NCBI GenBank assembly: GCA_965222075.1
Contig: OZ244937.1
Span: forward strand, 5,216,001-5,280,000
DNA length: 64,000 nucleotides
Source: Candidatus Latescibacterota bacterium
Lineage (GTDB): Bacteria > Latescibacterota > UBA2968 > GCA-2709665
Direction: 5' to 3'
In this document: piece after piece, positions 57,587 through 64,000 of the stretch
Layout of the letters: the number at the start of each line of letters is the position of its first letter
Position numbering within the stretch: the stretch's first letter is position 1
Made by a program: the position numbers and the translations under genes
The notes under the pieces: model-generated
Seen by the model: only the letters and a program-made list of their open reading frames with translations
Told to the model about the DNA's origin: nothing
The model's database searches: none

Positions 57587-58594
57587 GTGACCATGGCGAA
57601 TGACAAAATTCTGAGGGCAGGTCTCGTCGGTTGTGGTGGGCTGGGCAGGCGCCATGCGAAGAACGCCGACGGGATAGAAGGCGTGCAGGTTGCCGCAGTC
57701 TGCGATTTTTACCAGGCATCTGCCCAGGAGTTGGCAGCCGGGCTGACCTCGAAACCGGCTGCGTACTCGGATCACCGAAAGATGCTGGCGGAGCAGGACC
57801 TGGACGCTGTTCTTGTCGTGACCCCTAACTACACCCACAGCGAAATCACCATTGACGCTGCGAACGCCGGCGTCCACGTTTTCTGCGAAAAACCGATGGC
57901 CCTCACCGTTGAAGACTGCGACGCCATGATCGACGCGGCCGAACGGGCCGGGGTCTTCCTGATGATCGGGTACGTGCTGCGCTTCTATGCGGCCAACAAA
58001 GAGATGAAGCGGCAGATCGATTCCGGAGCGATCGGTGAAGTGCGCATGGCGCACGCCCTCCGCCTGGGCACCGGACCTCCCGGGGGCGTACAGGGCTGGC
58101 AGAAAAAGCGGGACCAGTACGGGGGCCTCTTCTCACTTTACAGCCACCAGCTGGATCTGCTTGCGTGGATGGCAGGGGAGATTGCGTCCGTCAGCGCGGT
58201 GATGCGCTACGGTGATGATCCGGAAAATGAAATCGAAGAGAACATCTTTATCGGGCTTGAGTTCGCAAACGGCGCGGTGGGGACCCTGGGGTGCAGTCGG
58301 ATTTATCCGGTCGGCGGTGGGGAATTCGGCGTGGCCGGTACGGAGGGTGCCATCAAAAGCGCGGGTTCCGGAGGACCTGTTATTTCAACGAAAAAGGGCG
58401 AGTCGGTTGCAATTGAGGTTCCCCGGAACGACGGCCTTCTGGACGAACTGGTCTGTTTTTTCGGCTGTATCCGCGAGGGCAGAAAACCCGAATCGGACGG
58501 GATCGCCGGCCGCCGCGTGATCGCCGTGGCCCTGGCCGCACACGAGTCCGCCAGGACGGGCAGGCGGGTCGAGGTACCGCATCCGAGACCATGA
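57587..58594 (+). CDS. Gfo/Idh/MocA family oxidoreductase
   Basis: GLVGCGG.G, HVFCEKPMA, GG......H.LD. Confidence 0.9.
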   Translation: MTMANDKILRAGLVGCGGLGRRHAKNADGIEGVQVAAVCDFYQASAQELAAGLTSKPAAYSDHRKMLAEQDLDAVLVVTPNYTHSEITIDAANAGVHVFCEKPMALTVEDCDAMIDAAERAGVFLMIGYVLRFYAANKEMKRQIDSGAIGEVRMAHALRLGTGPPGGVQGWQKKRDQYGGLFSLYSHQLDLLAWMAGEIASVSAVMRYGDDPENEIEENIFIGLEFANGAVGTLGCSRIYPVGGGEFGVAGTEGAIKSAGSGGPVISTKKGESVAIEVPRNDGLLDELVCFFGCIREGRKPESDGIAGRRVIAVALAAHESARTGRRVEVPHPRP

Positions 58595-58663
58595 GGTCCG
58601 GTATCCGGTATTCTGTTACACGCCGCCAAAGGCGGCTCAACGACACGCATAAGAGGATATCCT

Positions 58664-59620
58664 ATGGAAGTCGCACCCGGCATCCACCGCATCGAGGTTC
58701 CCTTAGGCGACCGCTTCGTCTGCTTCTATCTGCTTGTCGGCGATCTGTGTGCCCTGCTCGTTGACACCGGCCTGGACGACTCCCCGAGGGCGTATCTGGC
58801 GCCCTATCTTGACAGAATCGGCCTGGCGCCGGAAAAGATCCGTTATGTAGTCAACACCCACGCCGACTTCGACCACACGGCCGGCAACGCCTCCGTGCGT
58901 GAGCTGGCTCCCGGCGCCTGTTTCATGTGTCACGGTCTGGACCGGACCATGGTGGAAGATGTCGAGCGTATGATCTCTGATCGCTACGGGGAGTTCGCAA
59001 AGGACCACGGCATTGCCGACAGTGACGAGACCAGGGACTTCATCCGTTCCTCGACGCGCCACATCCCGATTGACGTTACCCTCTCCGGGGGCGAGGCGAT
59101 CCGCCTGGGCGCCGACTGGCGCGTCGAAGTCTGGCATACGCCCGGCCATTCTTGGGGCCACCTGAGTCTCTACGATCCGCGCGGCCACAACTTGATCATC
59201 GCCGACGCCACCCTCTACAATGCCGTGCTGCGCGCCGACGGCGGCCAGGCCTTCCCGCCCACCTACCGCTATGTGGACACCTATGTCGCCTCCATGCAAC
59301 GGTTTATGGGTGTCAGGCCCAATTTGCTGCTCACCAGCCACTACCCGGTCTACACGGGCGCCGGCATTGCCGAGTTTCTGCACGAGAGCCGCGCGTACGT
59401 GGATCGTGTCAACCAGGTTCTGTGCGACTCGCTTGAGGGTGAGCCGTGCACCCTGAAGGAACTTACCGAGATTCTCGGTCCCGAACTGGGTGAGTGGCCC
59501 GCCGAGGCCCATACCTACCTTTGTTTCCCGCTGATGGGCCATCTGGAGCGTCTGGTCCAGTACGGCGCTGTAGAGATGGGACGACGAGACGGGCTGGTGA
59601 CATATAGACTGAAAGACTGA
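58664..59620 (+). CDS. MBL-fold metallo-hydrolase
   Basis: VDTG, THADFDH, HTPGHS.GH, D, SH. Confidence 0.9.
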   Translation: MEVAPGIHRIEVPLGDRFVCFYLLVGDLCALLVDTGLDDSPRAYLAPYLDRIGLAPEKIRYVVNTHADFDHTAGNASVRELAPGACFMCHGLDRTMVEDVERMISDRYGEFAKDHGIADSDETRDFIRSSTRHIPIDVTLSGGEAIRLGADWRVEVWHTPGHSWGHLSLYDPRGHNLIIADATLYNAVLRADGGQAFPPTYRYVDTYVASMQRFMGVRPNLLLTSHYPVYTGAGIAEFLHESRAYVDRVNQVLCDSLEGEPCTLKELTEILGPELGEWPAEAHTYLCFPLMGHLERLVQYGAVEMGRRDGLVTYRLKD

Positions 59621-59648
59621 AAAGGCGGATAAGAGGGGACAGGAGGGA

Positions 59649-60512
59649 ATGTTGCGTCGGTTCAAGGTCGGCCTGCTTCAGGGGGTGTTCCGGAGTGCGT
59701 TTAAGGAGACGATTCCGGAGGTCGCACGGGTTGCGCGCCCACAGGCAAAGATGGGTCCGGAGGATTTTCGGTACAACCACGGGCTGTTGATTTCGCTGGC
59801 CCGGGAGGCAGCCGGTAAGGGGGCGGATCTGGTCCTGGGGCCGGAGAGTTACCTGGACGGCTGGTCCGCGCGTCCCGATCTCTTACAGGCGGTTGCCACG
59901 ACGATTCCGGGACCGGAGGTGGACGAGCTCTGCGCGACCGCCGAGGCGCTGGGAGTCTGGATGTGCGCAGGGCTGTTCGAGCGGAAGGGGCGAGATATTT
60001 ACAACTCGGTGGTGCTGCTGTCGTCCGGAGGAAGGATCGAAGGGATTTACCGCAAGACGCATGAGACGGCGGGCGTTCTGGAGGATATGCCCTACACGCT
60101 GGGCGATGCGCTGCCGGTATTCGAGACACCCTGGGGGACGCTGGGCATCCTGGTGTGCCACGACCGATGGTACCCCGAGGCGGTGCGTACGCTTCGGGGC
60201 AAGGGGGCCGGGGTGGTTCTCAACCCGGTTGCCGCTGCTGCGTTTTCACCCTATCATCCCTACTCGGATATCCATCGGTGCGTCCTGCGGGCACACGCCT
60301 ACCAGAACGCGCTGTTCTGGATCAGTTGCAATGGTGCGAACCACGGCGGACACAGCCTGGTTGTGGCGCCGGACGGACGCCTTGTAGCGGAGGCTTCGGG
60401 CGAACAGGAGGTTCCGGTTGTCGATCTGGATCCCGACGCCTATGGGGGGTACGATTTCGTGTCGAATCTGAGGGTGGATCTCTATGCTTTCCCACAGAGA
60501 CGGGAGCGCTGA
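59649..60512 (+). CDS. Carbon-nitrogen hydrolase (nitrilase) family protein
   Basis: Catalytic PE, YRK.H, VC.D...PE..R. Confidence 0.9.
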   Translation: MLRRFKVGLLQGVFRSAFKETIPEVARVARPQAKMGPEDFRYNHGLLISLAREAAGKGADLVLGPESYLDGWSARPDLLQAVATTIPGPEVDELCATAEALGVWMCAGLFERKGRDIYNSVVLLSSGGRIEGIYRKTHETAGVLEDMPYTLGDALPVFETPWGTLGILVCHDRWYPEAVRTLRGKGAGVVLNPVAAAAFSPYHPYSDIHRCVLRAHAYQNALFWISCNGANHGGHSLVVAPDGRLVAEASGEQEVPVVDLDPDAYGGYDFVSNLRVDLYAFPQRRER

Positions 60513-60626
60513 GCCACTGGAGGTGCGGCTGCCGGGCCAGTACTGCGGAGACTGCGACCGTCGTGCGCCGCGACGCCCTGGGAGGAGGTTGTTCCGGCGA
60601 GCCTGCCCAAAGGTAAAGAGGAGGGG

Positions 60627-60695
60627 ATGGCCCGGCGTATTGAGATCAAGCTTGAGAAACGGGGTGTGCGCTGCGCTTCGGAAGCGACGGTCTGA
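60627..60695 (+). pseudogene. 5' fragment duplicate of the DUF3830 gene
   Basis: MARRIEIKLEKRGVRC versus MARCIEIKFEKRGVSC at 61860; has its own AGGAGG RBS. Confidence 0.8.
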
Positions 60696-60735
60696 AAACG
60701 GCTGTAGAGAGAAGGACAGAACACGGGAGAGAGCG

Positions 60736-61810
60736 ATGATTGCGGAATTTGAGGTGAAGGGAGCGCCCTTCCAGCGGGGCGAACAGATCGGGCGTCGGTT
60801 CAAGGCGCAGATACAGGGCACGCTTGTCCAACTGTCTGAGGATGAGGAAATTCGGAGGCGTCAGATCCCCCTGTTAGAGGCGATGCGCGGCTATTTGGAA
60901 GAGGCGTTCCCGGAGATCCCCGAACAGATACGGGGCATCGCCAGGGGTGCGGAGATTTCGGATGATGCCGCGTTTTTGAAAAACACGTACAATGCCGTGG
61001 GGCCTGCGCTGCGTGATGATCTCGCATGCAGCAGCGTGGCCTTTGCGACCAGCGACGTGGGGCCCTATCCTCGGGAAGACCGACGACGGGGGATTTCGCC
61101 CGGGACAGAATCGTTCGGACGGGTTGACGATTCTGACGATTCGTTCGGATGAGGGATACGATGTGCTCTGCGTGAACCAGGTCGGGACGGTGTGGTCGGA
61201 GTGCGGGGTGAACGAGAAGGGGCTGTGCATGGGAACGAATTCGGGGCATCCAACCATGCGGGGGCAGGACGGACGCGGTGTGCCCCAGCACATTGTACCC
61301 CGGCTTGTGTTACGCCGGTGCGCAAATGTGAAGGAGGGCGTCGATTTTCTCAAGTGTACGCCTTTGACAGGCAAGGGGATCAATATTGTGCTGGCCGATG
61401 CGGAGGGGAATGCGGCTGCCACGGAGAATGCCTGTACCATGCACGGGGTACGGGAGCCGGAGGATGGGGTTGTGTTCTCGACGAACCATTATTTCGCCGA
61501 GGAGATGCAGGCGGAGGCGTGGAGATGGGATCCGAAGTTTATCCGTTCGCGATACTTTCAGAACTCTCTGAACCGGATCGCGCACCTTTACGGACGATTT
61601 GGAGATGGTAAGAGAAGGCTGACGTTTCAGGATATGAAGGCGGTTCTGATGGATGAACACAATCCAGGCGGGCTGTGCCAGCGTCCTGAGAATAACGAGT
61701 CGAATATGGCCACGAATTTTGGCGTGATTCTGGTGTGTCGCGAGCGCGAGATGTGGCTGAATGAAGGGCCGCCGTCCCTGGACCGGTTCGAGCGGTACGG
61801 GTTGAGTTGA
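60736..61810 (+). pseudogene. Peptidase C45 (Ntn-hydrolase/acyltransferase), frameshifted near 61063
   Basis: G....RG.Q.G, CSSVA nucleophile, then +1 shift at GGGGCCC into ILGKTDD, G.NEKGL, STNHY; could be a sequencing error. Confidence 0.75.
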
Positions 61811-61859
61811 GGCGCTGGTTAGCGCGGTAAGCGTAATCGTATTGACGAGGGGGACCCAG

Positions 61860-62336
61860 ATGGCTCGATGTATTGAGATAAAGTTCGAGAAGCGCGGTGT
61901 GAGTTGCGTTGCGGAATTGCTGGATGATCTCGCGCCCAGGACGTGTGAAGCGATATGGCAGTCCCTGCCGCAGGGAGACCAGGCCTATCACGCCAGGTTT
62001 GCACAACACGAGGTCTACACCCTGGTACGTCCCTTTGCAGAGGCAGAGCCAGGCGTTGAAAACCCGTGTATTATTCCGATCCCGGGCGACGTGCTCTATT
62101 TCTTTTTTCCACCCGGCGTGGTTTACGTACAGGAGGCCGCCTGCAGCACGGGGGTGGTGGACCTTGCGGTTTTCTACGGACGGGACAACTTCCTCTTCTC
62201 GCCTATTACCGGTCCCTGCCCCGGCAACCGCTTTGCAACGATTACGGAGAATTTCGAGGAGATGGCGCAGGCCTGCGATAACGTCTGGCGCGAGGGGTTC
62301 GCAGGTGAGAAGCTGATTTTCAGCCGTGTGGAATAG
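61860..62336 (+). CDS. DUF3830 family (cyclophilin-like) protein
   Basis: LLDD.AP.TC......LP, HAR, EN....P.PGD, DLA.FYGR. Confidence 0.85.
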   Translation: MARCIEIKFEKRGVSCVAELLDDLAPRTCEAIWQSLPQGDQAYHARFAQHEVYTLVRPFAEAEPGVENPCIIPIPGDVLYFFFPPGVVYVQEAACSTGVVDLAVFYGRDNFLFSPITGPCPGNRFATITENFEEMAQACDNVWREGFAGEKLIFSRVE

Positions 62337-62382
62337 AAAAACCGGCACGCTGGATTGCTCTTGCCGGGGTTGGCAATCCGGA

Positions 62383-63135
62383 TCAGTCCGGTAAGGGCAG
62401 CTGCATCAACTGCCCCATGCCGGGAATGTCGTCTGAAATCCCCGACAGGCGGAGGGCATGCCACATGGTGGCCTGGTTCGCGGCTATGACAGGAGCGCCC
62501 AGGTCTCTTTCGAGGAGCTCAATCAGATCCAGGTCGAAAAAGTCCGTACAGGGGACGACGACTCCTTCCGCACCCGGAGACCACGCGCGTTTCACCAGGG
62601 AGTACTGAGTTTCTCGATCCACTCGAGCCACCAGGGGAAACATGTCGGCTTCTGAAAACTCCAGGGCTTCAAGACGGAGCACTTCAGCTTTGTGCACGGT
62701 CAAGAATTCGACGAGAGGATCGTTGACATCGTCCCTGTAGGGACTGGCCACCACCACACGGGTGAGGCGCAATGCGGTCAGTGCGGCCAGGATGGCGGTA
62801 GAGGTGGTGGAGGCGGGCACGCCGGCGGCTTTTGACATGGCGGATACCTGGGCCTGATCGCCGCCGGACCCGAACAGAAAGCTGCCGGAGGTGTCGGCCC
62901 AGGTGACACACGAGGGGCCCACGCCGGCCAGCAGGCGCGCTGCATGCTCCAGGTTGGAAGTTTCGCTCATGCTTTTTATATCGTCTGCCGTGCCGGTTCC
63001 GACCCACACGACCCGATATATGTGAACGGATACTCCCGGGGGGGCCATCCGGTAAAAGTCATGGTCCTTCAGGCCGGTACTGGGGTAAATGATACCGATC
63101 CGGGCTCTCCAGCCATACATATTATTTATCCTCAT
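62383..63135 (-). CDS. Maleate cis-trans isomerase / arylmalonate decarboxylase family protein
   Basis: YGWRARIG.I.PS, TSGS, SPY, CT, E.DLG.PV..ANQA..W..LR. Confidence 0.85.
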   Translation of the reverse strand: MRINNMYGWRARIGIIYPSTGLKDHDFYRMAPPGVSVHIYRVVWVGTGTADDIKSMSETSNLEHAARLLAGVGPSCVTWADTSGSFLFGSGGDQAQVSAMSKAAGVPASTTSTAILAALTALRLTRVVVASPYRDDVNDPLVEFLTVHKAEVLRLEALEFSEADMFPLVARVDRETQYSLVKRAWSPGAEGVVVPCTDFFDLDLIELLERDLGAPVIAANQATMWHALRLSGISDDIPGMGQLMQLPLPD

Positions 63136-63227
63136 TCCGTAAGGTTGTCATTTCTGGTGGACCGCCCTAATTTACCTTCGTCTGGTGCGGTGATCAAGGG
63201 AAATTACATACAGGAAGGAGAATCGCC

Positions 63228-64000
63228 ATGACACTGCGTGAACTCTACGAGACGGCCATCCAGCTGGGTATGGCGCTCGATTTTCGGGGTGAAGCAGCGC
63301 TCAAACAGGAGCTGGAGCGCCGGCGGGAGGAACACGAGGCTCTGCCGGAGTGGAGAAAGCCCTATCTTGACCAGGAGCGGCTGAGGAATCCGTATGCGGA
63401 TTGCCGCATCGTGAACGGGCCGGAGGATGTAGAGCTGAATACGGTTTTATTGGGCATCAATATCCAGATGCCCGAGTTCCTGCTGGCGGACCATCTGCGC
63501 AGTAAGGGCACGCAGATCGATGCGCTGGTGGCCCACCACACCACAGGCACCGGTGTGGGGCGTTCGCACGTTTACGACATTATGTCGGCGAATATCGATA
63601 TATTCGAGCGGGAAGGGGTCCCGCGGGCGGAGGCGGAGCGGATTTATCGTCCGCTTATGGAACAGGCGTGGAAGGACTACGACGATATCCCGAACCGCAT
63701 GGCGCCGGATATGGCGAGGTTTTTCGGTTTCCCGATGGTCCAGATCCACGCCCCGACCGACCTGTATCACGGGAAAGGGATCGATGATCTCTTTGCTGAT
63801 ACCCGGCCGGAGACGCTTGAAGATATCCTTCGTGTGCTTCTGACGATTCCGGAGATGCAGAGCGCTGCACGGATCGGGGCGGAACCAAGGATTGTTGTGG
63901 GAGAAAAAGACCAGGCGGCCGGCCGCATTTTACACCAGGATTTAGGCGGGTGGGGGTGGCCTGCGGACGCGTACCCGCTGCTGGCCGAGGCGGGGGTGGA
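63228..64000 (+). CDS. NIF3/NGG1p-interacting-like protein (runs off the window)
   Basis: Manual translation MTLRELYETAIQLG...D.RG...D.ERL.NPYAD.RI.NG...AHH; RBS GAAGGAG; no stop seen before 64000. Confidence 0.7.
   Translation, partial: MTLRELYETAIQLGMALDFRGEAALKQELERRREEHEALPEWRKPYLDQERLRNPYADCRIVNGPEDVELNTVLLGINIQMPEFLLADHLRSKGTQIDALVAHHTTGTGVGRSHVYDIMSANIDIFEREGVPRAEAERIYRPLMEQAWKDYDDIPNRMAPDMARFFGFPMVQIHAPTDLYHGKGIDDLFADTRPETLEDILRVLLTIPEMQSAARIGAEPRIVVGEKDQAAGRILHQDLGGWGWPADAYPLLAEAGV

Noticed and set aside
1576-59665. Many long antisense or alternate-frame ORFs (e.g. 1576..2925, 4916..6562, 35872..37296, 40099..41661, 55585..57333)
   Set aside because: Shadow ORFs of GC-rich genes on the opposite strand with no recognisable motifs.
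61055-61070. Programmed frameshift in the C45 gene
   Set aside because: No canonical slippery heptamer; a single extra base in GGGGCCC is more simply a mutation or a sequencing error.

Overview
GC-rich bacterial DNA with two parts. The flanks (1-4525 and 40402-64000) hold ordinary co-oriented catabolic genes: oxidoreductases, metallophosphoesterases, beta-propellers, a DUF6785-like transporter and hydrolases. That gene set suggests a Latescibacterota/Poribacteria-like host (inference only). Between them lies a ~35.6 kb defence locus with no integrase (4733-40348). Its backbone is a three-gene restriction-like system: SNF2 helicase-DUF3883, DUF1156 adenine methyltransferase and DUF499 ATPase. 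The two intergenic slots of this backbone are expanded into tandem cargo arrays. Cargo blocks are bracketed by diverged, same-strand copies of the upstream core gene's 3' tail and the downstream core gene's 5' head. Counting the intact genes, there are 3 helicase tails, 4 methylase heads, 3 methylase tails and 2 ATPase heads. Cargo includes SIR2-HerA, a PHP-ATPase, an AlbA/Schlafen-HATPase, an AAA-DUF3696 + PIN pair, an ATPase-TOPRIM, a Clp-fold protease, and TA modules whose toxins are broken while the antitoxins stay intact. An AT-rich secondary insert (about 17.6-26.3 kb) carries two tandem ISKra4-type elements sharing a triplicated 9-bp target repeat. One of these lacks its own transposase and carries a sigma-70 region-4 fragment plus a nested IS701-like element. 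A short CCTGCCTG...CAGGCAGG palindrome recurs five times, twice in frame inside genes. All family assignments come from motif recognition, not from database searches.
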